DNA of 63,997 nt, counting the filler, from Candidatus Hydrogenedentota bacterium (GTDB lineage Bacteria; JBFMHD01), in NCBI GenBank assembly GCA_040752395.1. It is 7 parts of 7 records of this genome, joined end to end, with 100 filler letters (N's around TTAATTAATTAA, not from the genome) between each part and the next. Parts side by side here need not be neighbours in the genome. Positions count along the whole stretch, not along the records: positions 1 to 7,388 come from JBFMHD010000139.1; positions 7,489 to 29,340 come from JBFMHD010000014.1; 5 more parts are not named here. One strand, 5' to 3'. The translations under genes were made by a program, and so were the position numbers. The first letter of the stretch is position 1; each line of letters opens with the position of its first letter. Shown piece after piece: positions 1-11,573 of this stretch. The notes beneath the pieces are model-generated. The model was not told the DNA's origin, made no database searches, and saw only the letters and a list, made by a program, of their open reading frames with translations.

Positions 1-131
1 GATACTTCTCACTTCTTCCGTTATCTTGCATCTTGCTTCTTGCTTCTTTCGTTATCTTTCTTATCCGTTATCTTGCATCTTGCCTCTTGCTTCTACTTGA
101 TATTATTATAGTTACAATGTTTTTCAGAGGA
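1..131 (+). repeat. Modular heptamer-mosaic repeat, 3' part (CTCACTT / CGTTATCTT / TTGCTTC blocks ending GTTTTTCAGAGGAG)
   Basis: Near-identical to 57709-57832, 44004-44080 and 44306-44380. Confidence 0.9.
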
Positions 132-136
132 GATTT

Positions 137-979
137 ATGCGAGAATTAGATGCAACAAAAATTAAAGAGAGTGTTAAAAAATTATGTATTGAAGCAAATT
201 TTTATTTAGCTTTCGATGTTATTGATTCTTTGAAAAAAGCTTACGAAGAAGAGGTCTCTCCTTTTGGGAAGGAAATTTTAAAACAAATACTCGAAAATTC
301 GAAAATCGCTCAAGAAGAGAGATTACCTTTATGTCAGGATTGTGGGTTTACTGTTGTGTTCTGTGAAATAGGTCAGGAGGTAGTGATAACTGGTGGTAGT
401 ATCAGAGAGGCTATTAATCAGGGTGTGAGAGAGGCTTATAAAGAGGCTTTTTTAAGAAAATCTATTTTAAATGACCCGATTATAAGAAAAAACACTGGGG
501 ATAACACACCCTCTATTATCCACTTTGATATCGTACCAGGTGATAAAATAAAAATTATTATTGCACCCAAAGGAGGAGGAAGTGAAAATATGAGCAGAGT
601 GAGTATGCTTACTCCTTCTGATGGTCGATCCGGTATAATTAATTTTATTGTCAAAACAGTTGTTGAAGCAGGGTCTAATCCCTGCCCGCCAACAATTATA
701 GGTGTTGGTATTGGTGGTACCTTTGAATATGCTGCTTATTTAGCTAAAAAAGCGTTGTTAAGAAAAGTAGGAGAACCATCTTCTGATCCGGATACAGCTC
801 AACTCGAAAAAGAGATATTACAAAAAATAAATAACAGCGGTGTTGGTCCGATGGGTCTTGGTGGACGTATAACTTCGCTTGCTGTTCATATAATAAGACA
901 CCCCTGTCATATAGCGAGTTTACCTGTTGCTGTTAATGTTCAATGTCATTCAGCAAGACATAAAGAAGCGATTTTATAA
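137..979 (+). CDS. Class I fumarate hydratase / Fe-S hydro-lyase, alpha subunit
   Basis: Motifs PLCQDCG, NTGDNTP, PKGGGSEN, NPCPP, CHIASLPVAVNVQCHSARH; SD GAGGAG upstream. Confidence 0.93.
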   Translation: MRELDATKIKESVKKLCIEANFYLAFDVIDSLKKAYEEEVSPFGKEILKQILENSKIAQEERLPLCQDCGFTVVFCEIGQEVVITGGSIREAINQGVREAYKEAFLRKSILNDPIIRKNTGDNTPSIIHFDIVPGDKIKIIIAPKGGGSENMSRVSMLTPSDGRSGIINFIVKTVVEAGSNPCPPTIIGVGIGGTFEYAAYLAKKALLRKVGEPSSDPDTAQLEKEILQKINNSGVGPMGLGGRITSLAVHIIRHPCHIASLPVAVNVQCHSARHKEAIL

Positions 980-1015
980 TTAGAGGCAAGATAACGAAAG
1001 AAGCAGGAGTTTTAT

Positions 1016-1570
1016 ATGGTTAAGTCGGTTGAGATTACTACACCTTTAGACGATGTATCTGTTTCAAAATTAAAAACCGGTGACTCGGTTCTTATAACAG
1101 GTGAGTTATACACTGCACGTGATGCTGCTCATAAACGACTTGTTGAGGCGATAGAAAAAAACGAAAAACTGCCTTTTGATATAAAAGGGAGTGTTATTTA
1201 TTATGTTGGACCCTCACCAACGCCACCTGGCAAAGTAATCGGTTCTGCTGGTCCTACAACAAGTTATAGAATGGACTCTTATGCTCCTGAACTTATGAAA
1301 CTCGGTATGAAAGGTATGATAGGAAAAGGGATGAGAAAAGATAATGTGAGAGAAGCCATAAAAAAATTTAAATGTATATATTTTGCTGCTGTTGGTGGTG
1401 CTGCTGCCCTGATAGCAAAGACTATTAAAGAATGTAAAATAATAGCTTATGAAGATTTAGGACCCGAGGCTATAAACAGACTGTATGTAGAGAAGTTCCC
1501 GTGCGTTGTTGTTAATGACATCTACGGCGGTGATTTATACATCTTGGGAATAGATAAATACAGAAGATAG
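1016..1570 (+). CDS. Class I fumarate hydratase / Fe-S hydro-lyase, beta subunit
   Basis: Motifs TARDAAHKR, SAGPTTSYRM, MIGKG, DLGPEAI; follows the alpha subunit. Confidence 0.93.
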   Translation: MVKSVEITTPLDDVSVSKLKTGDSVLITGELYTARDAAHKRLVEAIEKNEKLPFDIKGSVIYYVGPSPTPPGKVIGSAGPTTSYRMDSYAPELMKLGMKGMIGKGMRKDNVREAIKKFKCIYFAAVGGAAALIAKTIKECKIIAYEDLGPEAINRLYVEKFPCVVVNDIYGGDLYILGIDKYRR

Positions 1571-1668
1571 TTGCGGCGTGTTACCCACGGCCTAAGAATA
1601 AGATTGGTTAAGAAGCAAGCCCACACCCCAATTGTCGAAAAAACAATAGCTGTTTAAGAATAATTGGC

Positions 1669-3717
1669 GTGGGAGCAAGGATCAAATTAATGGTTATGGA
1701 AAATCCTAGAATCGGACCAAAATTAAAACTCTTTGTAGCGTATCTTGTTCTATTTATATTAGTCATTGTTGCTTTATATCTTGTTTATGATACAATGAGA
1801 GCAGCATTTAAAAAAGAACGGGCCCCCACACCGCTTGCTGAAAGTAAAATAATAGAAAAAATAAAAGAAAAATTACTGCAACCCGATAAATCATTAATTG
1901 ATACTCTCAAAGGATTAAAAGAAAAAAAAGAAGATATAAAGATACAAATTGAGACTGAAAAAGCAGTCACTGAAAAGGAAAAAATATTAACTCAAAAAGA
2001 AGGCCCGATGGCAAGCATCTTAAAACTCGCTATATCTCTCTATAAAGAGAAAAGATATGATAAAGCAGAAGAACTATTGAAAGATATCATTGATAAAGAT
2101 CCTGTCTCGCTAGAAGCAAGAGAATCAAATTTATATCTTGGATTTATATATCAAAAAAAGGGTGATCTACTTTTAAGTCTTGATCATCTCAGACGTGCCT
2201 GGAAGCTTGATAACGAAGACCCTGTATTAAATTATAATCTCGGAATGATTCTATACACAATAAAAGAATATAAGGAAGCCTTACCATACTTCGAGAACGC
2301 AGTCTCAAAAGAACAAGATAATTATATGTATAAGAGGTCTTTTGCTAAATGTTATTACAACCTCAAAGATTATGATAAATCTTTTCATATTTTCTCTTCG
2401 GCATTGAAACTTAAACCAGAAGACCCTGAACTTCTATATTATTATGGTGTCTGTGCAAGAGAAAGTCCTGCAAGAGAAGATATAGCAATTGAATCGTTTG
2501 AAAAGATAATAAGTCTCTCTCCTTCATCTGAATATTCATTAAAATCATCTGAAAATCTTTCGGAAATCTATCGAGCCAGAAAAGAATTTGATAAAGCTGT
2601 TCGGTCCTTTAAAAAAGCCATCTCTCTTCAACCTGATAATTACAGATTAATTTATAATCTCGGTGTACTTTATTTTGAAAATAACGATATAGAAAATGCC
2701 CTGAATAATTTCGAACGTGTTGTTTTAATTAATAGTAATGATGTAAAATCCTGGGAGAATATTGCAGGTATATATTTCAAAAAAGGGATTTATAATAAAT
2801 CCCTTGATGCTGTTAATAGAGTCATATTAAAAGAACCTTACAATACCAATATGTTACTTCTTAAAGCTTATTTACTTGATGCGATGGCAAAATATGATGA
2901 GGCTGTATCTGTTTATAAAAAAGTTATCTCACTTGACCCGAAATCCAATGAAGCTAAAAAAAGTTTTTTAAATCTTGGTGTCATAGCTGAACGTAAAGGT
3001 GATATTTTACAGGCTGTTTCTTATTATCGTAACGCTGACGATAATGACCCGCTGATGCATTTTAATCTCGGCGTAGTATATGAAAAACAGGGTTTATTTG
3101 AGCTGGCTGTTAATGAGTATCAGAAAGCCATAGCTATAGAAAGTAAAAATGCTCAGTTCAAATTTGTTCTTGCTAAACTTTTGTATAGACTCGAAATGTA
3201 TGAAGAAGCTGAACGCGAACTCATAAATGCCAAGGAACTCGGACTTGATGATTTTGAAATGTGGATGCTACTTGCTGAGGTTTATGCAAAATCTAACAAA
3301 AATGAACAGGCTCTTGAATTATACAATACTTTACTCGAAAGAGACATCTCTACAACAAACGTTGTCAGGATATTAAATAATAAAGGGATTATGTATGACA
3401 GGCTTGGTCAGTATGATAGAGCCCTGGAAATGTATAATATCGTCCTTAACAAACAACCCGCTAACCCGGCTATCTATCACAATATAGGTCTTGTCTATAC
3501 ACATATGAAAGATTTCCCCTCTTCTATCCGAATGTTTAAAAAATCTATATACCTCGATCCTAATAATAAAGACGCACATCTAAATATTGCTGATATTTTC
3601 TTTAAGATCGGTCTATATGAAGATGCAAAAAAAGAATACGAAAAGGTTCTGCAACTCGACAAAGCTAATCTTGAAGCACAGTTAGGGCTTCGCAAAATCC
3701 GAGAAGTTAATCTATGA
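1669..3717 (+). CDS. Membrane-anchored tetratricopeptide-repeat protein (true start may be ATG 1690 or 1696)
   Basis: One N-terminal hydrophobic helix, then many YNLG...A...Y..A...P TPR units. Confidence 0.85.
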   Translation: MGARIKLMVMENPRIGPKLKLFVAYLVLFILVIVALYLVYDTMRAAFKKERAPTPLAESKIIEKIKEKLLQPDKSLIDTLKGLKEKKEDIKIQIETEKAVTEKEKILTQKEGPMASILKLAISLYKEKRYDKAEELLKDIIDKDPVSLEARESNLYLGFIYQKKGDLLLSLDHLRRAWKLDNEDPVLNYNLGMILYTIKEYKEALPYFENAVSKEQDNYMYKRSFAKCYYNLKDYDKSFHIFSSALKLKPEDPELLYYYGVCARESPAREDIAIESFEKIISLSPSSEYSLKSSENLSEIYRARKEFDKAVRSFKKAISLQPDNYRLIYNLGVLYFENNDIENALNNFERVVLINSNDVKSWENIAGIYFKKGIYNKSLDAVNRVILKEPYNTNMLLLKAYLLDAMAKYDEAVSVYKKVISLDPKSNEAKKSFLNLGVIAERKGDILQAVSYYRNADDNDPLMHFNLGVVYEKQGLFELAVNEYQKAIAIESKNAQFKFVLAKLLYRLEMYEEAERELINAKELGLDDFEMWMLLAEVYAKSNKNEQALELYNTLLERDISTTNVVRILNNKGIMYDRLGQYDRALEMYNIVLNKQPANPAIYHNIGLVYTHMKDFPSSIRMFKKSIYLDPNNKDAHLNIADIFFKIGLYEDAKKEYEKVLQLDKANLEAQLGLRKIREVNL

Positions 3718-4937
3718 ATTTTGACTCTTTTAAAATCTCACCCTTTGTTCGAGATAACGAAGTCCAGTTTTATCTAAAAAATAGCTCTGCAAAAAATGTT
3801 GAGATCATAGGCAGTTTTAATAATTGGGGCTCGCCACCTTTACAACTCAAAAGAATAAATAATGAATATTTTGCAAGTGATAAAATCCTGTTTGATACCC
3901 CAAACAGATATTTATATCTTTTTAGAGTTGATGGAAAAGAAACACTTGATGAAATAAATTTTAACAGAACAACTAATCACAAAGGCACAGTCTCTTTTTT
4001 TGATGTCTGGATTAATCCACGGGGTATGAAAGAACAGCTTGTAGGTATCATTGAAGAAATTGATAAAAATCCGGTTCAGGGGGGAAACCCGTGGATAAGG
4101 TCTGTTGTAATATCTATCCTGGATCAATATATTATGATACCCTCTATTAATCGCAGTGTTACTTTGATGAATTTATTTATTGATAGAATTAATAAAAGTA
4201 TAGATTCAGTCAGAGAGAGACACGTTAAATCAGGCGTCTTTATCGCCCACCTCTATAATATGGGGGTTATTATTAAAACTCGTAATGCTACTATCGGTAT
4301 CGACGCTGTTTCGACTAAAGATTGCTGGAATCTGGATTATGATGTTCCTGATCATATTATTGAAAAACTCGCTAAAACTCTTGATGCCCTGTTTATTACG
4401 CATCAACACAGTGATCATATGGACCCTGATTTGATGACAAGAATGTTAAAAATGAAAAAATTAGTTTATGTTGCCGAGGATAATAGATTACCAGCACCTC
4501 CTGGAACGAAATTTCTAAAAGGTGATGGAACTATAAAAATCAGTCAGAATAAAATTAAATATTTTACTGGTAAACACGTTTATGATAACGGAAGAAACAT
4601 CAATCTGGTTTCATATTTTATACATACAGACACCGGTAAAACAATCTATCATACAGGAGACCTTGATTATACAATAGGGCTACCAGTTAGCGGTAATATC
4701 GACGTTGCTATACCCAAATATGGCGGTATCAGCCCATTTTATGAAGATGATTATGAATCTTTAAAAATATTTCTTTCAAAAGTATCACCCAGATTACTTA
4801 TCCCGTCTCACATCGGTGAATTATCTCATTACCCTGGCGGTGGGAGAGAGAGTTACAAAAAATGTATGGATGATATGAACAGATTAAAAGTAGATAATAG
4901 ATTATTACTCTGGGGTGAGACCTACCACTACGATTAA
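3714..4937 (+). CDS. CBM48/AMPK-type glycogen-binding domain fused to an MBL-fold (UlaG-like) metallohydrolase
   Basis: N-terminal V.IIGSFNNW...Y.F.VDG; C-terminal THQHSDH, YHTGD, PSH metal motifs; ATGA overlap with the TPR gene. Confidence 0.75.
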   Translation: MNFDSFKISPFVRDNEVQFYLKNSSAKNVEIIGSFNNWGSPPLQLKRINNEYFASDKILFDTPNRYLYLFRVDGKETLDEINFNRTTNHKGTVSFFDVWINPRGMKEQLVGIIEEIDKNPVQGGNPWIRSVVISILDQYIMIPSINRSVTLMNLFIDRINKSIDSVRERHVKSGVFIAHLYNMGVIIKTRNATIGIDAVSTKDCWNLDYDVPDHIIEKLAKTLDALFITHQHSDHMDPDLMTRMLKMKKLVYVAEDNRLPAPPGTKFLKGDGTIKISQNKIKYFTGKHVYDNGRNINLVSYFIHTDTGKTIYHTGDLDYTIGLPVSGNIDVAIPKYGGISPFYEDDYESLKIFLSKVSPRLLIPSHIGELSHYPGGGRESYKKCMDDMNRLKVDNRLLLWGETYHYD

Positions 4938-5003
4938 TCTACCCTCTTATTCTCCTGTCAAATGACATTGTGGTAGTCGAATACAAGCTGTTATTGTCAA
5001 TTG

Positions 5004-5201
5004 TTAAAATTCAGCAAACTCGCTGGGATAATGAGAAAGATCCAATTTCTCTTGCTCTGATATCAATCGTATCCCCCATTGTTGCATTGCCAATGCCCCA
5101 AAGAGAACTTCGATAGCTTTCTCTTCCTCATCATCTCCAATACGATCAATAACCATGGCTTCTTTAGTTTCATCTATGCTTATTTTCAGTGGCATTGTCA
5201 A
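5004..5201 (-). CDS. Small acidic hypothetical protein or gene fragment
   Basis: 65-aa ORF directly downstream of and co-oriented with xerC; no recognised motif. Confidence 0.3.
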   Translation of the reverse strand: MTMPLKISIDETKEAMVIDRIGDDEEEKAIEVLFGALAMQQWGIRLISEQEKLDLSHYPSEFAEF

Positions 5202-5225
5202 GAAAATGATTCTGGATATTTTATC

Positions 5226-6092
5226 TCATGCCCGGGGATGGGCTTTGTCATATACCTCTTTTAATTTCTTTCGTGTGAGATGGGTATATAACTGCGTGGT
5301 TGAGAGACTTGAATGACCTAATAATTCCTGCACACTACGTAAATCAGCCCCTGCCTCAAGCAGATGCGTGGCAAATGAATGTCTCAACCAATGTGGGCTG
5401 ATTAGTTTATCTTTCCCTATCTTTCTACACCAGTAATATATCTTGTACCTTACACTTCGCGGGTCTATACGTTTCTTATCTCTATTTAGAAACAAGGGGA
5501 ACTCATTCCTAAAAGTTCCCTGTTTTTCTCTTTCTTTAAAATATTCTCTAATTGCGGTTATAGCAAAGCTACCTACAGGAACTATTCTCTCTTTTCTGCC
5601 TTTGCCTTTAACTTTGATTATAGATGAAATAATATCAACATCAGCTATATCAAGGTTTACCATCTCAGAGACGCGAATCCCGGCTGAATAGAGTAATTCC
5701 ATCATCGCTCTGTCCTGTTTATTTTCTACCAGAGCAAGCATATCGCCTAATTCTTCCTGATATAAAAATCTTGGTAATGATTTAGGGATACGCGGGGTTC
5801 TCAAGGCTTTAGCCGGATTCTTTTCTATTATGTACTGTTTTTTACAGAACTTAAAAAAACTACGTATTGATGAAAATTTACGTGCCATACTGCGGTTGGT
5901 TAAATCAGTGTTGTTAAGAATGTAGAAATGTTCCCTTATATGATTTAGATTTATTTCTTTTATATTTTTAATCTTTTTATTTTTTATATAATCAAAAAAT
6001 TCCTCTAAATCTTTAGAATAAGCTTTGACGGTATGTTCTGAGAAACCTCGAGATTTCAAGTAATCTATAAATTGTTTAAAAATATCTCTCAC
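5226..6092 (-). CDS. xerC: Tyrosine recombinase XerC/XerD
   Basis: LYSAGIRVSE, KGKGRKER, HWLRHSFATHLL, LLGH, TTQLYTH, C-terminal AHPRA. Confidence 0.9.
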   Translation of the reverse strand: MRDIFKQFIDYLKSRGFSEHTVKAYSKDLEEFFDYIKNKKIKNIKEINLNHIREHFYILNNTDLTNRSMARKFSSIRSFFKFCKKQYIIEKNPAKALRTPRIPKSLPRFLYQEELGDMLALVENKQDRAMMELLYSAGIRVSEMVNLDIADVDIISSIIKVKGKGRKERIVPVGSFAITAIREYFKEREKQGTFRNEFPLFLNRDKKRIDPRSVRYKIYYWCRKIGKDKLISPHWLRHSFATHLLEAGADLRSVQELLGHSSLSTTQLYTHLTRKKLKEVYDKAHPRA

Positions 6093-6141
6093 ATTAATTA
6101 ATCACACTATCCAGAGGCTCCGGTCTGTAGCCTCTGAAACG

Positions 6142-7388
6142 CTACATCGCTATAAGGTATCTATTCAATCTCATAGAAATTCTATGGCTGAGATTCATAA
6201 ATTTTATACCAATCTGATAATGGTTCTGAAACGGGACTTTATCACAACGGACGACTTTTGCTATAACATAAAAAACATTATCAGGGAATTCAAGATTCAC
6301 CTCAAGAAATTTGTTCAACTGGATCTCTTCAGGTGATTTAAAGAGTAATCCGCCAGCAGAGACATTGACAGTATGAGAATACTTTTTATTTTTCATCACA
6401 TCAGTAAGATTATCGCCCTCATATAGAGTATATGATAAATTCAATTCCTGATTAATACGTTTATAAGAGCGTCGTTCTATTTTATATAATTCTTTCTCAA
6501 TAAAAATATTAACCAATTGTGGATCGAAAAATGTAGCTCTGTTATCATTCAAAAATTTCACACTTAATTTATATACCTCATCTGTAGTACGGTTAATGGA
6601 TTGATTTATAACAAAATTATCAAGTTCCTCTGATATTGCTATAATCCTCGATTCAAGAGGAATAGCTTTACCTGTGATTGCATTCGGGAACCCACTGCCA
6701 TCAAATTTTTCATGATGCATAGAGGTGATAGCTGGTATCTCTTTGTAATCAAAAGACCAGTTAATATAGTTGAGTCGTTCTTTTGTAAGAAGAGTATGCT
6801 CAGGCAATTTTTCATAATCACCTATAATATCCAATCCGAGCTCAAGTTTACCATAATCATGTAATAAAGCTGCAATTTTTATTCTGTCTATCTCAAGCTG
6901 GGACAAACCAAGAGATTCAGCAAGCCCTACTGAATATTTCATAACGCGTTCAGAATGACCACCTTTAACAGGCTGCCTTGAATCAATTGCCGTTGCAAAA
7001 GAATCAGTCATTGTAAAAAACATCTCCCTTGAACCCTCATATAATCTTACATTGTCAAGACAGACCGCAATACTGCCAGCAACACTTGATAAAAAAAGTT
7101 CATCCTCACTATTAAAATCACCCTCTATTTTATTAAGCACCTGTACCACACCAATAATCTTATCATCTCTTGTATACAAAGGTACACATAGCATATTTCT
7201 TGTCTTATAACCTGTTAATTTATCTATCTCGGGGTTAAACCTCCCATCACTGTAAACATCATTTAAATTCACTATTTCACCTGTACGCGCCACATAACCT
7301 GCTATGCCTTTACCTACTGGTAACTTCATATCTTTAATCTCCATATCCTGAGCTACACGATACCACAACTCACCTGTTTCTTCATTAA
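6142..7388 (-). CDS. GAF + HD-GYP-like + PilZ domain protein, 5'-truncated at contig end
   Basis: GAF (GIAGYVA...YKTRNMLCVP); HD (HSERV, LLHDYGK, HHEKFDGSGFP); PilZ (ERRSYKR, NVSAGG); frame is open to the gap. Confidence 0.85.
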
Positions 7389-7488
7389 NNNNNNNNNNNN
7401 NNNNNNNNNNNNNNNNNNNNNNNNNNNNNNNNTTAATTAATTAANNNNNNNNNNNNNNNNNNNNNNNNNNNNNNNNNNNNNNNNNNNN
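7389..7488. other. Artificial contig-joining spacer
   Basis: N44-TTAATTAATTAA-N44, giving stops in all six frames. Confidence 0.97.
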
Positions 7489-8315
7489 ATCTCACCGCCA
7501 ATGGGATGAAGATGGATTGAATAATTAATTGTTTCAAGAAATAATAAGATTTGTGGGGCTGCGAGGAAAAAACCGAGACTCCAGGTAATGAAGAATTGTA
7601 TTATATTAATCGGTTGAAGTTGGTTATGGTTAAACAATTTAAGCAAGGCATAAAGAAATCCTAATAATAACACATACAGCGAGGTTTCTGGTTGTCCGGC
7701 ATAGAGAATAAGTGCGATAACAATAGTTGTAAGGAGGCGTGATTTAAGGTGCTTATTTTGCAATTCATTTTCAATGGCAAATAGGAAGATTGGGATAAGC
7801 ATTGCAACGTTACTAAATTGTTCAAGACTAATGAACCATGTAAAACTTCCAGAGAATTGATAAAATACGCCTCCAAGAATGCTTGCGTAATAAGAGACAC
7901 CAATTTTTCTTAAATAGAGATATGTAAAAAAACCTGCAATAATTATTTTTAAGAGATAAAAATAATCCCATAGCCAGTAAGGGGATATATTTTCAATCAA
8001 TTGATAAATAAAAAGGGCTCTTGTGCTATATTGGCCGGCAAGTGGAACCCCCAAACCCTGATATGGGTTCCATAGTGGTAATTCACCATCAGATATGATA
8101 TTTGCTATTGTTTTATTAATTGGTTGTTCATAAAATGCGGGTGTTGCTAAATCTACTTGAAGATTATTTTCTGGTCTTAGTTTATTATTTATATTATCAC
8201 CGATGGGGTCAGGGACATAATGTGATGGCAACAAAGTTCTATTAAGGAATGTTATAGGCAAATAAAGTATTATTACAGTCAAGACATAAAAGATTAAGGC
8301 ATTTTTTATTTGCAA
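7489..8315 (-). CDS. YfhO-like / GT-C membrane protein (putative glycosyltransferase), 3'-truncated
   Basis: GELPLWNPYQGLGVPL motif, GQPE, many TM helices; TTG start with GAGGA SD. Confidence 0.7.
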
Positions 8316-8336
8316 TGATATATCCTCATTTTGTTT

Positions 8337-11300
8337 TTATTTTCTATAACGGTTTTGGAGCGAAGATACGGTATATGTCGTTGTATGTTTTGTAATGAGG
8401 CCCTGGAGACAGGATTTTGCTGCTGACATAGTAGTAATGATTGGTATATTATATAATATACAATGGCGTCTAATTTTATAAGCATCTTCTTTAGTATGAC
8501 GTCCACTTGGCGTATTTATTACCATCTTGATTTTGCCATCTTCGATCATCTTTAATATTTCTCCTTTACCTCCCTCTTTAACACGTTTCACAGTTTGAAC
8601 CTGGATATCGTGAGTTTTAATTTTGGCAGCTGTTTTTTTTGTAGCATATAGTTTAAAACCTAATCGAGCTAATTCTTTAGCAATATCAACTATTTCTTTT
8701 TTATCTTTGTTATTGACTGTTAAAAGTACACCGCCTTTTTCAGGGACATAGCTACCTGCGGCTTCTTGAGCTTTTAAAAATGCCAACCCAAAACTATTAT
8801 CAATAGCCATCACCTCACCGGTTGATTTCATCTCAGGTCCTAAAATTATATCAACATTATCAAACCGAGAAAAAGGTAGAACAGCTTCTTTGACTGAATA
8901 GTAATCTATTCTTCTATTATTGAGGTTTAAGTTTTTTAGTTTTTCACCTATCATAATATATGCTGCGTATTTAGCGAGCGGTATATTAATAGATTTTGAG
9001 ACATAGGGAACGGTTCTTGAGGCACGTGGGTTCACTTCCAAAACATAGACTTCTTTATTTTTTACCGCGTATTGAACATTCATAAGACCATATACCCCAA
9101 TTTTTAGTGCAAGTATTCGTGTATATTCTTGAATTCGTTTAATAATTTGGGGTGATAAATTAACAGGTGGTAGAACGCAGGCCGAGTCACCAGAATGTAT
9201 GCCAGCGTGTTCGATATGTTCCATCACACCAGCAACAAATACTTCTTCTCCATCGCATAAAGAATCGACATCAACCTCAGTTGCATCCTCAAGAAATCTA
9301 TCGATGAGCACTGGTTGGTCTTTCTGGGCTTCAACTGCTTCTCTTATATATTTTATCAAATCTTTATCATTATAGACAATTTCCATTGCACGGCCACCAA
9401 GAACATACGATGGTCGCACAAGTACCGGGTATCCAATTTTTCGTGCAACAGTTAAAGCTTGTGATGTTGAATAAGCGATACCGTTTTCTGGTTGTTTAAT
9501 ATTTAGTTCAGCGAGAAGTTTAGCAAATAGTTCTCTATTTTCAGCCAAATCGATTGCCTCAGGTTGGGTTCCGATAATTGTAATCCCATTTTCTTTTAAT
9601 CCTCTTGCGAGATTAAGTGGTGTTTGACCTCCGAGCTGGACAATCACGCCATCGACCTTTTCTCGTTGTAGAACATTTAATACATCTTCAAGTGTTAGCG
9701 GCTCAAAATATAATCTATCAGCTACATCATAATCAGTTGATACTGTTTCAGGGTTTGAATTAATCATAATAACTTCATAGTTTAATTCTTTCAAAGCCAT
9801 AACAGCCTGGACGCAGCAATAATCGAACTCGATACCCTGTCCTATACGATTTGGTCCACCACCAATAATTGCAATTTTTTTCTTATCAGTTTGTGGAACT
9901 TCATCTTCTTTGCCGTAAGTAGAATAGAAATATGGTGTGTATGCTTCGAATTCGCCTGCACAGGTATCAACCCCTTTATATACAGGTAAAATATTAATTT
10001 TTTCTCTTAGATTTCTAATTTCTATTTCTTTTTTATTAAGAAGGTAAGCGATCTGTCTATCAGAGTAGCCGTAGTATTTAGCTTTTTCTATATCCGGGTT
10101 TTGTTTAAACGTTTTTTCAAATAAAACGAGTTCATTAATTTTATTAATAAACCATCTATCAATTTTCGAGAGAGAATATATTTCTTCAATTGAGAGTCCA
10201 AGTTGGAGCGCATATTTTATAGTAAATATTCTATCGCAATTAGGTATTTTCAATTTATTTTTAACCCACTGGAGATATTCGTTCTTTTTTTCATTACTCC
10301 AGTTAGAGAATTCTTCAACGTTTTTCACCTGGCCGAGGCCATCGGCGCCAAGCCCAAAACGTTTAATTTCAAGGCCACGAACAGCTTTTTGGAGAGACTC
10401 AAGGAAGGTTGATCCGATAGCCATAACTTCGCCAACAGATTTCATTTGTGTTCCGAGTTCATCTTTAGCTCCTTTGAATTTTTCAAATGTGAATCGTGGT
10501 ATTTTAGTGACGACATAATCAATAGTTGGTTCAAAACAGGCAGGTGTTTTTTTAGTGATATCATTAGGTATTTCATCGAGTGTATAACCGACAGCGAGCA
10601 AGGCTGCGATTTTAGCTATAGGGAATCCTGTAGCTTTGCTTGCGAGTGCACTTGAGCGCGAGACACGTGGGTTCATTTCTATCACAACCATTTTTCCGGT
10701 ATCAGGGTGTACAGCGAACTGCACATTCGAGCCACCTGTTTCAACACCGATTTCTCGCAGTATAGCAATAGATAGGTCTCTCATTTTATGGTATTCTATA
10801 TCAGAAAGAGTAAGAGCAGGTGCTATGGTGATAGAATCACCGGTATGAACACCCATCGGGTCAAGATTTTCAATAGAGCAGACAATAATAGCATTATCAG
10901 CTTTATCGCGCATAACTTCCATCTCAAATTCTTTCCAGCCTGTAACGCATTCTTCAATAAGTACTTCATTAATCGGGCTTGCTTCAAGTCCAACAATAGC
11001 GCGATGTTTTAATTCTTTTTCATTATGTACAATACTACTGCCTGTACCACCAAGTGTATAAGATGGTCTAATAATCAATGGGTATCTGATTTTTTCAGCT
11101 ATTTTTAAACATTCATCGACAGAATAAGCGAACCCACTTTCTGGTAAATCAGCATTAATATTTTTCATAGCGTCGCGAAACTTCTTTCTATTTTCAGCTT
11201 TTTCAATAGCTTCAAGGGAAGCACCTATCATTTTAACTTTATATTCATCAAGCACTCCTTTTTTAGCAAGTTCTACAGAAACGTTTAATCCTGTCTGACC

Positions 11301-11573
11301 GCCGAGTGTTGGCAATATAGCATCAGGTTTTTCTATTTCGATAATTTTTTTAACAAAATTAAAGGTTATAGGTTCGATGTAAGTAGCATCAGCCATTTCA
11401 GAGTCTGTCATAATTGTAGCAGGATTAGAATTAACAAGAACGATTTTGTATTCTTGCTGTCTTAATACTTTACAGGCTTGTGTTCCTGAATAATCAAATT
11501 CGCAGGCCTGTCCTATGATAATAGGTCCACTACCAATAATAAGAATTTTTTCTATATCATTTCTTTTTGGCAT
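8337..11573 (-). CDS. carB: Carbamoyl-phosphate synthase large subunit
   Basis: MPKR...[17 protein letters not shown], duplicated ATP-grasp domains, C-terminal MGS domain. Confidence 0.98.
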   Translation of the reverse strand: MPKRNDIEKILIIGSGPIIIGQACEFDYSGTQACKVLRQQEYKIVLVNSNPATIMTDSEMADATYIEPITFNFVKKIIEIEKPDAILPTLGGQTGLNVSVELAKKGVLDEYKVKMIGASLEAIEKAENRKKFRDAMKNINADLPESGFAYSVDECLKIAEKIRYPLIIRPSYTLGGTGSSIVHNEKELKHRAIVGLEASPINEVLIEECVTGWKEFEMEVMRDKADNAIIVCSIENLDPMGVHTGDSITIAPALTLSDIEYHKMRDLSIAILREIGVETGGSNVQFAVHPDTGKMVVIEMNPRVSRSSALASKATGFPIAKIAALLAVGYTLDEIPNDITKKTPACFEPTIDYVVTKIPRFTFEKFKGAKDELGTQMKSVGEVMAIGSTFLESLQKAVRGLEIKRFGLGADGLGQVKNVEEFSNWSNEKKNEYLQWVKNKLKIPNCDRIFTIKYALQLGLSIEEIYSLSKIDRWFINKINELVLFEKTFKQNPDIEKAKYYGYSDRQIAYLLNKKEIEIRNLREKINILPVYKGVDTCAGEFEAYTPYFYSTYGKEDEVPQTDKKKIAIIGGGPNRIGQGIEFDYCCVQAVMALKELNYEVIMINSNPETVSTDYDVADRLYFEPLTLEDVLNVLQREKVDGVIVQLGGQTPLNLARGLKENGITIIGTQPEAIDLAENRELFAKLLAELNIKQPENGIAYSTSQALTVARKIGYPVLVRPSYVLGGRAMEIVYNDKDLIKYIREAVEAQKDQPVLIDRFLEDATEVDVDSLCDGEEVFVAGVMEHIEHAGIHSGDSACVLPPVNLSPQIIKRIQEYTRILALKIGVYGLMNVQYAVKNKEVYVLEVNPRASRTVPYVSKSINIPLAKYAAYIMIGEKLKNLNLNNRRIDYYSVKEAVLPFSRFDNVDIILGPEMKSTGEVMAIDNSFGLAFLKAQEAAGSYVPEKGGVLLTVNNKDKKEIVDIAKELARLGFKLYATKKTAAKIKTHDIQVQTVKRVKEGGKGEILKMIEDGKIKMVINTPSGRHTKEDAYKIRRHCILYNIPIITTMSAAKSCLQGLITKHTTTYTVSSLQNRYRK

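Noticed and set aside
5004-6092. Integron or prophage integrase interpretation of the tyrosine recombinase
   Set aside because: Size and motifs are typical of XerC/D, there is no IntI-specific insertion, and no attC array or phage genes are nearby
7433-7444. TTAATTAATTAA palindrome repeated six times
   Set aside because: Always centred in N runs; an artificial linker
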